Source: a virus. Taken from it: a DNA stretch of 64,000 nt. Positions 9,665-19,908 of this stretch are shown in pieces (position 1 is the stretch's first letter; every line of letters starts with the position of its first letter). Made by a program: the position numbers and the translations under genes. The notes under the pieces are model-generated. The model did not search any database. It worked only from the letters and a program-made list of their open reading frames with translations, and was not told the origin of the DNA. The stretch is from the IMG/VR virus record IMGVR_UViG_3300023179_009191, positions 1 through 64,000 of that record; one strand, given 5' to 3'.

Positions 9665-9821
9665 TACCACATTCACACTCAAAGTTGAACAGAATGAAAT
9701 GACTGGTGAATATTATATTCTATTACCAGAAAAGCTTTTGAACAAGATTAAATGGAAAGCAGGAGACCATATTAAATGGTCTCTTAATAAAGATGGTTCT
9801 TTTACTTTGAAGAGAGTATGA
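9654..9821 (+). CDS. AbrB/SpoVT-like small DNA-binding protein
   Basis: 55-aa ORF below the track cutoff: MASNTTFTLKVEQNEMTGEYYILLPEKLLNKIKWKAGDHIKWSLNKDGSFTLKRV. Confidence 0.65.
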   Translation: MASNTTFTLKVEQNEMTGEYYILLPEKLLNKIKWKAGDHIKWSLNKDGSFTLKRV

Positions 9822-10363
9822 AAAGTGAGCAAGAAATACAATTACAAGTGAAAAGAATCATGGGCAAGTGGTATAGTGAATCTGTGTTTTCTAAGAACAA
9901 ATACATTGAAGCAAGTTACTTCTTTTTTTGGAAATGGTATTACAAATGTACTTCTGGTTTGTATTACAAGTGCAAATATGCTTTGCAACGATTGTTTAGA
10001 GGTTATGATGATTTAGATAAATGGAATGCAGCTTGGTATATTGCTAGAAAATCTATTCCTGTGCTCAAAGCCATGAGAGATAAATTTCATGGCACTAGTC
10101 TCAAATGGCATAGAGAAGATAGATTTGGCAATTTAATTGAGCTCGCACAAGATGAGGTATTTGTAGAAGGTGAAGAACCTGCTTCATTCACAGAAGATGA
10201 ATGGAGAGCCATATTGGACGACATCATATTTGCTTTTCAGTGGCAGATAGATTTTGATTCAATAGATGGTACTGTAGGAGAAAGAGAATATAGACTGGGC
10301 ATGAAAAGACAGAAAAGAGGTCTGAAGTTGTTTGCTATTTATTTTAACTGCCTTTGGGATTGA
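9818..10363 (+). CDS. Hypothetical phage protein
   Basis: 181-aa ORF with ATGA overlap. Confidence 0.75.
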   Translation: MKSEQEIQLQVKRIMGKWYSESVFSKNKYIEASYFFFWKWYYKCTSGLYYKCKYALQRLFRGYDDLDKWNAAWYIARKSIPVLKAMRDKFHGTSLKWHREDRFGNLIELAQDEVFVEGEEPASFTEDEWRAILDDIIFAFQWQIDFDSIDGTVGEREYRLGMKRQKRGLKLFAIYFNCLWD

Positions 10364-10399
10364 TTTTGTATGTATAGTATTTATATTAGAGACAGAGTT

Positions 10400-10564
10400 A
10401 TGAAATTGAAGGAAAACGATAATTTAAAAGCTGATTTAAATGCAGTACTTAAAAAGCATGGCATTGGTGCAGATGAAGCCATGATTGTATTAGATGAAAT
10501 TTTTTATGACAGGTACAATGGCAATAAATGTATGAACTATCTTGCTGAGGTTAATAGCAAATGA
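10400..10564 (+). CDS. Hypothetical protein
   Basis: ORF MKLKENDN; stop overlaps the next ATG. Confidence 0.55.
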   Translation: MKLKENDNLKADLNAVLKKHGIGADEAMIVLDEIFYDRYNGNKCMNYLAEVNSK

Positions 10565-10812
10565 TTATAAAGTTTGGAGCATACAAGTCTGATGATTATG
10601 CATCATGGGAAAAAATGAAAAATGTTTTTATAAGCAGGCCTTATTTTAAAATTGTTTTTAGTAACGGTTTGGGGTTTTATGTGCTAAATGCTGTTAAATT
10701 TAATTTGCTTCCTAAATTTTATGGTACATTTCACAAATCATTCTGGGAATTTGGTATTAGTTTTGTTGGCTGGATATTTGAATTTATGTGGAATAAAGCT
10801 TTTGTAAAATGA
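10561..10812 (+). CDS. Hypothetical protein
   Basis: Translationally coupled ORF. Confidence 0.55.
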   Translation: MIIKFGAYKSDDYASWEKMKNVFISRPYFKIVFSNGLGFYVLNAVKFNLLPKFYGTFHKSFWEFGISFVGWIFEFMWNKAFVK

Positions 10813-10894
10813 GTATTTCTACTGTTCTTATTTGTGTGGCAGTAATTCTTTATGTATTCTATTTACATGAAAGATTCAAAGACTAGTCATAAAA

Positions 10895-11164
10895 CTAGTC
10901 TTCCAGATACTTTTTTAAGTTTTCTGTTAGTTGCTTTCTCCTTTGCCGCTGTCTTCTGTCTAGCACTGTTACAAGTGTTGCAACTGATATGGGGAAGAAA
11001 AATCTCAGGAAAAATTGAAGGTGATCCTGCATGGTCAACTGATCAAAATATACAGTGTATAGTTCATGAACGCCAAACAGTGTCCAAGTCATAGCAGGCC
11101 CAAAAAGAATCCAAAAAACTAAATTGTAACTTTTGCTCAAGTGGCTTTTGATTTTTTGCACCAT
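10895..11164 (-). CDS. Two-TM membrane protein, late promoter
   Basis: GCTAAATAATTAT-ATG; two hydrophobic segments and a basic tail. Confidence 0.6.
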   Translation of the reverse strand: MVQKIKSHLSKSYNLVFWILFGPAMTWTLFGVHELYTVYFDQLTMQDHLQFFLRFFFPISVATLVTVLDRRQRQRRKQLTENLKKYLED

Positions 11165-11179
11165 ATAATTATTTAGCAC

Positions 11180-11383
11180 ATGAAGCGTTTTTTTACCAAA
11201 GTATGGTTAATTTGGTCCCGCACCATTGATCACCGAGTTGGATTATCAGATTCAGAAAAACCTGACATACCCAACCTCAAGGTGCGTGATGCTAATATAA
11301 GCTTGGTTCTCAGAACACTCATAGTGTTAGTAAATTTTATAACATGTGCATTTATCATAGCAAACGTCATAAGACACTGGTAA
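11180..11383 (+). CDS. Small membrane protein
   Basis: 67-aa ORF with C-terminal TM (NFITCAFIIANVIRHW). Confidence 0.65.
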   Translation: MKRFFTKVWLIWSRTIDHRVGLSDSEKPDIPNLKVRDANISLVLRTLIVLVNFITCAFIIANVIRHW

Positions 11384-11558
11384 TGAACAGAATTCAATAC
11401 AATGCTGCTAAGTTGTATCTGGAAAAATGTGAGTACAGGTTAAAACTACAGAACTCCAGAGCTTTTATTTTAATATTATCAGTAACATTTGTTACAATTT
11501 TCTTTTATATTTTAAAATTTATAGTAGCATTACCATAATATCCATTTATACTAATAAT

Positions 11559-11656
11559 AGTTCACATTAAATGTTGGGTGGCAGTTACCGTAATTGTGAA
11601 CTGATTCGGTAGCCATATCCTAGCATACGTTTTGTGGTGTGCGTTAAAACCACTTA
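11559..11656 (+). ncRNA. Candidate pseudoknotted non-coding RNA
   Basis: Pairings AGTTCACA/TGTGAACT, GTTACCG/CGGTAGC, ATGTTGGG/CCTAGCAT and GTGGT/ACCAC in intergenic DNA. Confidence 0.4.
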
Positions 11657-11657
11657 A

Positions 11658-14600
11658 TTATTTAAGTTTTTTAATTTGTGCTTCTAATTGCTCTATGCGC
11701 TCCAACAAGTTCTTGATTACTGTGCCATGATATGGAATGGCTTGATCATAATTCATGACCAATGCAGCACTGGCAGGTGACACAAAGCCATCTGCATCAA
11801 TCTGCTCTTGAACATTGGCATTTCCTACTATGCTAATCAAATGATCAAAACCAGCTCTCATGACTTGTTGAGCAATAAACCCACTCTTTTTGCCAGGATT
11901 TTCTGCATCTTTCCAATTGAAAGTAACAGCAGAAACACCTTTAACAAAATTAGTAGCATCTTCTAGGGTAATTGGCACAATGTTGTCTTTTAATCTCTCA
12001 TCAGAAGATGCATTGAACTCTGGGCTCTGAATGCGTGAAGAGCATGTGAGTGAGTAAGGATTGGGAGTTGTGCCTGTGGTAGTGCTTGCTCCACTGGAAT
12101 TCAAGTAACCATAAGGTTGAGCAATAGCAGCATTTCTGCTTGAATTGATGCTCACATAACCATTCAGTGTGCTGCTACCAATTGCAACACCTGTTCCAAC
12201 TGCTCCTCCATTCACAGGAGATTGTGTCAAGAGATTGAGTTGACCATTGTTGGTGTTAATCCACATGCCATTGCCTGAACCTCTGGCATGAATATGGGTG
12301 TTTCCGTCATCATAGATTTGAGTGTTATTATTACCAAAACCAATGTAACCGCTCAGTGCATCATTGTTTGCTACTTTGGCTGTACCTGTGCCATACACAT
12401 TAATGGCACCATCATCTGTGATTTGCAGAAGACTTGCTGAATAAGTACTGTTAATTATTTCCAGACCACCATTAGAATTTAAACGGAAAAACTTGTTGGG
12501 TGTAACTGCAGAACCATATGTGTTGGTTACTGATGCAAAATCATGGTAACCTGTGCCACCTTTATTGGCATATCCAGCAATTTGTAATGTTGGGTTAGCA
12601 GTAGAATTGGCCAATGTTACTATACCTGAAGCACTTAAACTACCAAATAAAACACCAGAAAGAGGCGATGTGCTGGAGCCAATAACTAATTGATTGCTAG
12701 CTGTAGCTAAAGCATTAGTGCCCAAAACAATGACACCAGACAAGCTGCCAGTAGACACATTGGCTGTATTGCCTATGATAACGTTATTAGAACCAATAGT
12801 ATTAGCGCATCCTGCACAATTGCCTATGAAATTATTGTTAAAACCTGTACTATTATTAAAACCAGCTTTGTAACCTAAGAAGTTGTTTCTTTTGCCTGTG
12901 GAGTTGTTGAGGCCAGTAGCATATCCCAAGAAATTATTGCAACTGCCTGTGGTGTTTAAACGGCCAGCTGCATATCCAATGAAATTATTGCCAGCACCTG
13001 TGTAATTTGCATAGCCAGCTTGATATCCCAAGAAATTGTTGTATTTACCTGAGGTGTTAAATACACCCGTTTTTTGTCCAAAAAAATTGTTATCATTGCC
13101 TGTAGTATTTCTTATTCCAGCACAAGTTCCCAAAAAATTGTTGTAATTGCCTGTATAATTGTAGTTGCCAGCTAGGAATCCAAAGAAATTGTTGTGATTG
13201 CCTATGGTGTTGCAAAAACCAGCATTATATCCTAAGAAATTATTATTACTGCCTGTGGTATTACGATAACCTGTTTTATTTCCTAAGAAATTGTTATCAT
13301 AGCCTGAAGTATTGCTTCGACCGGCTTGTCTTCCTATAAAATTGTTTTTGCAGCCTGTAGTATTAAGTCTACCAGCTTGAAATCCAAGGAAATTGTTATA
13401 ACATCCTGTGGTGTTACTAAAGCCAGCAAGTATACCAAAGAAATTGTTGTTACTGCCTGTGGTGTTGCGAGCGCCAGCATTTTGTCCCAAGAAATTGTTG
13501 TTGTAGCCTGTGGTGTTGCTACAGCCAGCACATTTTCCAAATACAAAATTGTGTGTGCCTGTGGTTGTATTTTTGCCTGTGGAAGCATCACCAATGAACA
13601 CATTGAATGCAGCAGAAGGAGCAGTGACCAGGGTTCTTCCTGCTAAAAATATGTTGTTTGTGCTCAATGCAGGGGTGCTCAATGCTCCTGTCATAGTATC
13701 ACCAGACAATTTCACATACTGAGAACCTGTTGCATAATTGGCACTTACTGTAGACCAATTGCTCCATGCTGCACTGTTGGTATTGGTGGTAGTATAGTTG
13801 CTGTTCCACTGATCACTGTTGCCACTTATTGTGCATAAAGCAGGCAGTGTTGTTGAAGTAACAGCAAGACTACCAAATAATGTGCCAGTTAGTGGGGCAA
13901 CAGCAGCACCAATGACCAATGTATTGGAGACAGTAGCAGCTGCACTAAGACCTATGACTACAGAACCAGATAAATTATTAGAAGCAGTATTGGCTCTGTG
14001 ACCCATGATGATGTTGTTGGACCCAATGGTGTTGGTACAACCTGCATAATTACCAATAAATATGTTGGTTTGTCCAAAATTGGTACAATAGCCTGAACGG
14101 TTGCCTATGATTGTGTTGCTAAAGCCAGAGCAAATGCAACCTCCTGAATATGACCCTATGATAACATTTCTTGTAGAGCTAGTACCAGTTCTACCAGCAA
14201 AATGACCAATAAAAACATTATTTGAAGCATTACCAAAAGTGTTTATGCCTGCTTGTCTGCCAATTATTACATTAAAAAGTCCAGAATTAAGAGCACCTGC
14301 CATTTGTCCAATGTTTACATTCATGCTACCAGTAGCACCACAGCCAGCTATTTGTCCAATTGAAACATTATCATACCCTGTGGTATTGAGACAGCCTGCT
14401 TCATTGCCAATGAACACATTGCTAGAGCCAGTTGTGTTTTTACACCCAGTTCTAGAGCCTATAAAAACATTTCTGCTACCAGTGGTATTTACCCTGCCTG
14501 CATTAAACCCTACAAATGCATTGTCACTTCCTGTGGAATTATTGTTGCCAGCACTAACACCAAACATGAAGTTGTGTGTGCCTGTGGTTGTATTTTTGCC

Positions 14601-14903
14601 TGTGGAAGCATCGCCCAAGAACACATTGTTAGCAGCAGAAGGAGCAGTGATTAATGTATTGCCTGCTAAAAATATGTTATTAGTACTCAATGCAGGTGTG
14701 CTTAGTGGTCCTGTCATGGTATCTCCAGACAATTTCACATACTGAGAACCTGTTGCATAATTGGCACTAACTGTGCTCCAGTTGCTCCAAGTGGCTGAAT
14801 TGGCATTGGTGGTGGTATAGTTGCTGTTCCATTGATTGCTGGTGCCTCCAGCAGTGGAAACAGGCAAAGTAAAACTATTATCTTGTGTATTTAAAATCTT
14901 CAT
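11658..14903 (-). CDS. Tail fibre protein with 14-aa beta-solenoid repeats and C-terminal intramolecular chaperone (peptidase S74)
   Basis: NNFLG..AG..NTTG repeats; SSDERLKDNI...GFIAQQV...coiled-coil end. Confidence 0.85.
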   Translation of the reverse strand: MKILNTQDNSFTLPVSTAGGTSNQWNSNYTTTNANSATWSNWSTVSANYATGSQYVKLSGDTMTGPLSTPALSTNNIFLAGNTLITAPSAANNVFLGDASTGKNTTTGTHNFMFGVSAGNNNSTGSDNAFVGFNAGRVNTTGSRNVFIGSRTGCKNTTGSSNVFIGNEAGCLNTTGYDNVSIGQIAGCGATGSMNVNIGQMAGALNSGLFNVIIGRQAGINTFGNASNNVFIGHFAGRTGTSSTRNVIIGSYSGGCICSGFSNTIIGNRSGYCTNFGQTNIFIGNYAGCTNTIGSNNIIMGHRANTASNNLSGSVVIGLSAAATVSNTLVIGAAVAPLTGTLFGSLAVTSTTLPALCTISGNSDQWNSNYTTTNTNSAAWSNWSTVSANYATGSQYVKLSGDTMTGALSTPALSTNNIFLAGRTLVTAPSAAFNVFIGDASTGKNTTTGTHNFVFGKCAGCSNTTGYNNNFLGQNAGARNTTGSNNNFFGILAGFSNTTGCYNNFLGFQAGRLNTTGCKNNFIGRQAGRSNTSGYDNNFLGNKTGYRNTTGSNNNFLGYNAGFCNTIGNHNNFFGFLAGNYNYTGNYNNFLGTCAGIRNTTGNDNNFFGQKTGVFNTSGKYNNFLGYQAGYANYTGAGNNFIGYAAGRLNTTGSCNNFLGYATGLNNSTGKRNNFLGYKAGFNNSTGFNNNFIGNCAGCANTIGSNNVIIGNTANVSTGSLSGVIVLGTNALATASNQLVIGSSTSPLSGVLFGSLSASGIVTLANSTANPTLQIAGYANKGGTGYHDFASVTNTYGSAVTPNKFFRLNSNGGLEIINSTYSASLLQITDDGAINVYGTGTAKVANNDALSGYIGFGNNNTQIYDDGNTHIHARGSGNGMWINTNNGQLNLLTQSPVNGGAVGTGVAIGSSTLNGYVSINSSRNAAIAQPYGYLNSSGASTTTGTTPNPYSLTCSSRIQSPEFNASSDERLKDNIVPITLEDATNFVKGVSAVTFNWKDAENPGKKSGFIAQQVMRAGFDHLISIVGNANVQEQIDADGFVSPASAALVMNYDQAIPYHGTVIKNLLERIEQLEAQIKKLK

Positions 14904-14904
14904 T

Positions 14905-17900
14905 TTATGTGTAATCCCATAATCTGATGGCTTTGTTCAATCCATTGATATTTATTACCATGAATTGTCCATTATCTGTTGTTGTGGCAGGAACAATTAC
15001 ATTGGCACCACCCAGAGCAATGTTTGATGCAGAAAGGCTGTGAGTCAATTGCAAACTGCCTCTTATGAACCCAGACAAAGGTGGAGTGCCAGACCCTATG
15101 ACCAATTGATAGTTGTCTGTGGCCACAGTACCTGTACCCAACACCACCACCCCCGATAAGCTGTTAGTAGCCACATTGGCAGCATTACCAATAATGATAT
15201 TGTTAGAACCTATAGTATTAGTACATCCTGCACACCTTCCCAAGAAATTGTTGTACCTGCCTGTGGTGTTGCAAATGCCAGCACGGTATCCCAAGAAATT
15301 GTTGTTACCGCCTGTGGTGTTGCTAAAGCCAGCACCATTTCCCAAGAAATTGTTGTAACTGCCTGTGGTATTGGAACGGCCAGCACTCCATCCAAAGAAA
15401 TTGTTGCTACTGCCTGTGGTGTTGTAAAGGCCAGCACCATTTCCCAAGAAATTGTTGTAACTGCCTGTGGTGTTGCAAAGGCCAGCACGGTATCCAAAGA
15501 AATTGTTGTTACAGCCTGTGGTGTTGCTAAAGCCAGCACGGTATCCCAAGAAATTGTTGAAACTGCCTGTGGTGTTGCTATAGCCAGATTTGTATCCCAA
15601 GAAATTATTATTTGTTGCTGCACCATAATTATTGTCTGTGGTGGAATTGTACCCTGCTTTGAATCCAATGAAAACGTTGTGTTGAGTGGCACGGTGATAA
15701 TAAGTGTGGTAGGTATGGGCTTTTAATTTGAACCCAGCTCGGTAACCTGCAGCAAAATTGTTGTTAACAAAAACACTGGTGGGAATGTAATTGCCATCAT
15801 ATGTGCCGGTACCAGCTCCTGTGCCAATGAATGTATTATTATTAGCTGCACCATATTTGCCAATGCAATAGCCAGCACGGTATCCCAAGAAATTGTTGCC
15901 ACCGCCTGTGGTGTTACAAAAGCCAGCACGGTATCCAAAGAAATTGTTGCCATTGCCTGTGGTGTTGGAAAAGCCAGCTTCTCTTCCAAAGAAATTGTTG
16001 TAATTGCCTGTGCAGTTGCAGTAGCCAGCATTTTGTCCCAAGAAATTGTTGCCATTGCCTGTGGTGTTGTAACGGCCAGCATCTCTTCCAAAGAAATTGT
16101 TGTTAAAGCCTGTGGTGTTGTTGCGGCCAGCATTATTTCCCAAGAAATTGTTGTAAGCACCTGTGGTGTTGCAATAGCCAGTAAATGATCCTAAGAAATT
16201 GTTGCTATAGCCTGTGGTGTTACTGTAGCCAGCTTTAACACCCAAGAAATTGTTGTAACCGCCTGTGGTGTTGCAAAAGCCAGCACCTGCTCCCAAGAAA
16301 TTGTTGTTACCGCCTGTGGTGTTGCAAAAGCCAGCATTTGTTCCAAAGAAATTGTTGCAACCACCTGTGGTGTTGCAAAAGCCAGCATTTCTTCCCAAGA
16401 AATTGTTGTTATTGCCTGTGGTGTTGTAAAGGCCAGCACTATATCCCAAGAAATTGTTGTCACCGCCTGTGGTGTTGTAACGGCCAGCACGGAGTCCCAA
16501 GAAATTGTTGTAAGCACCTGTGGTGTTGCAAAAGCCAGCACCATTTCCCAAGAAATTGTTGTACCTGCCTGTGGTGTTGCTAAAGCCAGCATATTGTCCC
16601 AAGAAATTGTTGTACCTACCTGTGGTGTTGCAAAGGCCAGCACTGTATCCCAAGAAATTATTGTAAGCACCTGTGGTGTTGTTACGGCCAGCACGGTATC
16701 CCAAGAAATTGTTGTAACTGCCTGTGGTGTTGCAATAGCCAGCATTTTGTCCCAAGAAATTGTTGTAATTGCCTGTGGTGTTGTATTTGCCAGCTTGGAC
16801 TCCCAAGAAATTGTTGTAACCGCCTGTGGTATTGTAGTAACCAGCTTTATTTCCTAGAAAATTATTACCTATGCCTGTGGTGTTGCTACAGCCAGCACCT
16901 GCTCCCAAGAAATTGTTGTTACCGCCTGTGGTGTTGCAAAAGCCAGCATTTGTTCCAAAGAAATTGTTGCAACCACCTGTGGTGTTGCAAAAGCCAGCTT
17001 TATATCCGAAGAAATTGTTACAACTACCTGTGGTGTTGCAGTAGCCAGCAGCATATCCCAAGAAATTGTTGCTATTACCTGTGGTGTTGAAAAAGCCAGC
17101 ACGGTATCCTAAGAAATTGTTAAAACTGCCTGTGGTGTTGTAACGGCCAGCATCTCTTCCCAAGAAATTGTTGGCATTGCCTGTGGTGTTGTATTTGCCA
17201 GCTTGTCTTCCCAAGAAATTGTTGTTACTGCCTGTGGAATTGTAATAGCCAGTAAATGATCCTAAGAAATTGTTGCTATAGCCTGTGATGTTGTTACTAC
17301 CAACATCACGACCAAAGAAATTGTTGCTATTGCCTGTGGTGTTGCTAAAGCCAGCACGGAATCCCAAGAAATTATTTTCATAGCCTGTGGTGTTACTAAA
17401 GCCAGCTCTGCATCCCAAGAAATTGTTGTAACAGCCTGTGGTGTTGCAAAAGCCAGCTTCATTTCCCAAGAAATTGTTGTTACCGCCTGTGGTGTTTTTA
17501 TAGCCAGCATATCTTCCCAAGAAATTGTTGCTATTGCCTGTGGTGTTGTAAGCGCCAGCACGGTATCCAAAGAAATTGTTGACACTGCCTGTCATGTTGC
17601 ATAAGCCAGCACATAGTCCCAAGAAATTGTTGAAATTGCCTGTGGTGTTAATTCTGCCTGCACAATTGCCCATGAACACATTGTTACTACCGGTAGTTAA
17701 TGCATTACCAGCACTTACACCAAACACAAAATTATGATTACCGGTGGCATTATTATTGCCGGTGGTAGCATCACCAATGAATATGTTGGTAGTATTTCTG
17801 GAAGTAATGCGAGTTGTGCCCTGTATATACACATCACTGGCACTCAACACTGTGGTGCTTAATGGTCCTGTCATGGTATCACCAGACAATTTCACATACT

Positions 17901-19230
17901 GTGAACCCAAGGCATAGGTGGCACTAACTGTGCTCCAGTTGCTCCATGCTGCACTATTGGTATTGGTGGTGGTATAGTTGCTGTTCCATTGATTGCTGTT
18001 GCCACCTGAAACTGTTATGTATCCGTTACTGCTGATAGCACCATTCACCGTGAGTTCAGCACCAGGGAAACTCTCATTGATGCCCACAAATCCCCGGCCT
18101 CCAGGCTGAGCATTGCCCACATGCAACACTTCAATGCCATCACCATCATAGAAGCTGGCCACATCATATGGACCTGCTGCTTGATACACAAATAATGCAG
18201 GCCCAGGTCCTGTGTTGTAAACACTCAATGCACTGGTGGTTGTGAATATGGTGTTTTTAAATGTGCTGGAACCCAAAGCAGTCAAGTTGCCTTGCACAGT
18301 TAGATTGTTGGGAACAATTAAATTGGTTGGCAAGCTCAGTGTTACAGAATTGTTACCAGTATTGCTACCTGCAGGTGTGGCTACTATTTGATTGGCAGTG
18401 CCATTGATGGTGTACAAGGCATTGTTGTATCCTGTTTGCCAGTTGGCACTGTTGGCATTGGTAGTAGTATAATTGCTGTCCCAATTGCCACTGTTAGCAT
18501 ATACCACTGCATTTACTGCAGGATCACCGCCTCCTCCACCAGAAAATATATCCAACAAGTTGATCCCACCAGAAAGATAATTGCCATTAACATTCAAGTC
18601 ACCGTTCATTGTACCACCATTGGCATACTGTACTGCATTGGTACCCCCACCTCCTGCATACTCTGACATGATGGCAGCTTTCTTAAAATACTTCTCAGCA
18701 TACTGTTCAATGAGCTTTTTAATCTCTGATACTTTCTCTGGCTGTTGATCAGTTACTTTCTCATCACTGAGTTGATCTAAAATTTCCACATATTCATTTT
18801 TATCTTGTTCTTTTTCATTTGTAACATCTTTGGTAACCACTTTTTCATTTGATTCTTCTGATGTTATTTCTGGTACTGGCTCTGATGATTGACTCTTTTT
18901 GCCACTGATAATGTCTTTTAATTTAAATACAAAATCTGAGAAATTATCTTTTTCTTTGGTTACATCTGCATGTTCAATTGTTTTTGCTTGTTCAGTTACA
19001 GACAATGCAGGAACAATTGTTAATTGTTGTTCTGCTTTAACTTCTGTGCCACTTGCAGACTCTTCATTTATTTTCTTTTTTAAGATATCAATGGCAGCTT
19101 GCAATGGATCATTAGCAGGTTCTAAATCATTGGAACTGTTGACTTTTTCCATCAAAGTCTTGTGTTCTTTCTCTATTTTTATCTTATCAGTAACAGATGA
19201 TAAAAACTTAAAAAATGGGTCTTCTGCCAT
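14905..19230 (-). CDS. Large tail-fibre/structural protein with a long 14-aa repeat array
   Basis: Acidic N-terminus, GGGG linker, roughly 50+ NNF[LF]GxxAGxxNTTGxx repeats; TAAATA upstream. Confidence 0.8.
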   Translation of the reverse strand: MAEDPFFKFLSSVTDKIKIEKEHKTLMEKVNSSNDLEPANDPLQAAIDILKKKINEESASGTEVKAEQQLTIVPALSVTEQAKTIEHADVTKEKDNFSDFVFKLKDIISGKKSQSSEPVPEITSEESNEKVVTKDVTNEKEQDKNEYVEILDQLSDEKVTDQQPEKVSEIKKLIEQYAEKYFKKAAIMSEYAGGGGTNAVQYANGGTMNGDLNVNGNYLSGGINLLDIFSGGGGGDPAVNAVVYANSGNWDSNYTTTNANSANWQTGYNNALYTINGTANQIVATPAGSNTGNNSVTLSLPTNLIVPNNLTVQGNLTALGSSTFKNTIFTTTSALSVYNTGPGPALFVYQAAGPYDVASFYDGDGIEVLHVGNAQPGGRGFVGINESFPGAELTVNGAISSNGYITVSGGNSNQWNSNYTTTNTNSAAWSNWSTVSATYALGSQYVKLSGDTMTGPLSTTVLSASDVYIQGTTRITSRNTTNIFIGDATTGNNNATGNHNFVFGVSAGNALTTGSNNVFMGNCAGRINTTGNFNNFLGLCAGLCNMTGSVNNFFGYRAGAYNTTGNSNNFLGRYAGYKNTTGGNNNFLGNEAGFCNTTGCYNNFLGCRAGFSNTTGYENNFLGFRAGFSNTTGNSNNFFGRDVGSNNITGYSNNFLGSFTGYYNSTGSNNNFLGRQAGKYNTTGNANNFLGRDAGRYNTTGSFNNFLGYRAGFFNTTGNSNNFLGYAAGYCNTTGSCNNFFGYKAGFCNTTGGCNNFFGTNAGFCNTTGGNNNFLGAGAGCSNTTGIGNNFLGNKAGYYNTTGGYNNFLGVQAGKYNTTGNYNNFLGQNAGYCNTTGSYNNFLGYRAGRNNTTGAYNNFLGYSAGLCNTTGRYNNFLGQYAGFSNTTGRYNNFLGNGAGFCNTTGAYNNFLGLRAGRYNTTGGDNNFLGYSAGLYNTTGNNNNFLGRNAGFCNTTGGCNNFFGTNAGFCNTTGGNNNFLGAGAGFCNTTGGYNNFLGVKAGYSNTTGYSNNFLGSFTGYCNTTGAYNNFLGNNAGRNNTTGFNNNFFGRDAGRYNTTGNGNNFLGQNAGYCNCTGNYNNFFGREAGFSNTTGNGNNFFGYRAGFCNTTGGGNNFLGYRAGYCIGKYGAANNNTFIGTGAGTGTYDGNYIPTSVFVNNNFAAGYRAGFKLKAHTYHTYYHRATQHNVFIGFKAGYNSTTDNNYGAATNNNFLGYKSGYSNTTGSFNNFLGYRAGFSNTTGCNNNFFGYRAGLCNTTGSYNNFLGNGAGLYNTTGSSNNFFGWSAGRSNTTGSYNNFLGNGAGFSNTTGGNNNFLGYRAGICNTTGRYNNFLGRCAGCTNTIGSNNIIIGNAANVATNSLSGVVVLGTGTVATDNYQLVIGSGTPPLSGFIRGSLQLTHSLSASNIALGGANVIVPATTTDNGQFMVININGLNKAIRLWDYT
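15200..17690. repeat. 42-bp coding tandem repeat array
   Basis: Recurrent CCCAAGAAATTGTT...GCCTGTGGTGTTG...GCCAGC, interrupted at about 15620-15880. Confidence 0.95.
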
Positions 19231-19314
19231 GATATATTATTTAAACAAAAAATATGCAGTTTCTATTTTAAAAATAAGCTTGGATTAAAGAATTTAAGCA
19301 TATATATTAATAAT

Positions 19315-19614
19315 ATGAATAAATTAATTGCTTCACTACTTATTAGTGTTGGTCTGGTGGGTTTGTGTTTGGCCGATACTGCTGCAACACAGTGTGATGA
19401 AGATTGTACTGTGGAACAAGGGTGGTCTGCTTTTGGTGATGTTCTGCTGGTCAGGCCCATTGGAACTGCTGTAACCATTGCCAATTTTGGCATTTTTGCA
19501 GTAGCTTCTCCTTTTGCTGCCATGGCTGATGCTACTGAAGAAGTATACCAAACATTGGTTGAAGAGCCTGCTGACTATACATTCAATAGAGAATTAGGCG
19601 ACTTCAGCAAATAA
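19315..19614 (+). CDS. Secreted/membrane protein of bacterial type
   Basis: Signal peptide; DVLLVRPIG...ASPFAA...LVEEPADYTFNRELGDF. Confidence 0.7.
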   Translation: MNKLIASLLISVGLVGLCLADTAATQCDEDCTVEQGWSAFGDVLLVRPIGTAVTIANFGIFAVASPFAAMADATEEVYQTLVEEPADYTFNRELGDFSK

Positions 19615-19668
19615 GCGAACCGTGACGCTAATGTAGGGCAAGAGTTCCATTCTTTTGCTCTATATTTT

Positions 19669-19908
19669 ATGACTGACAAAGAAAAATTAATTGAGTCTCA
19701 TTTGCAAAGCTTGTCAGCTCATTATGGAGACAGGCTCAATGGCATGAAGTTTGCATGTCCTATTTTTGAAGACAGAGAATCTGTTGTATCCATAAGTGAA
19801 AGCAAAAAAGAAGCCTATCTTACCCGCCATCACATTGCAGGGCATTATTTGAGTCAATTTCCAACACATGTTGTAATTTTAGCAGGTGATTGTTTTGATA
19901 GAATTTAA
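19669..19908 (+). CDS. Hypothetical protein
   Basis: 79-aa ORF. Confidence 0.55.
   Translation: MTDKEKLIESHLQSLSAHYGDRLNGMKFACPIFEDRESVVSISESKKEAYLTRHHIAGHYLSQFPTHVVILAGDCFDRI

Noticed and set aside
13326-17585. Many alternative-frame and antisense ORFs over the fibre genes
   Set aside because: Shadows of the stop-poor tandem repeat
15200-17690. Diversity-generating retroelement or CRISPR array in the 42-bp repeats
   Set aside because: The repeats are in-frame coding with no unique spacers; invariant AAC/AAT codons sit beside the variable ones; no reverse transcriptase or TR/VR pair in the window
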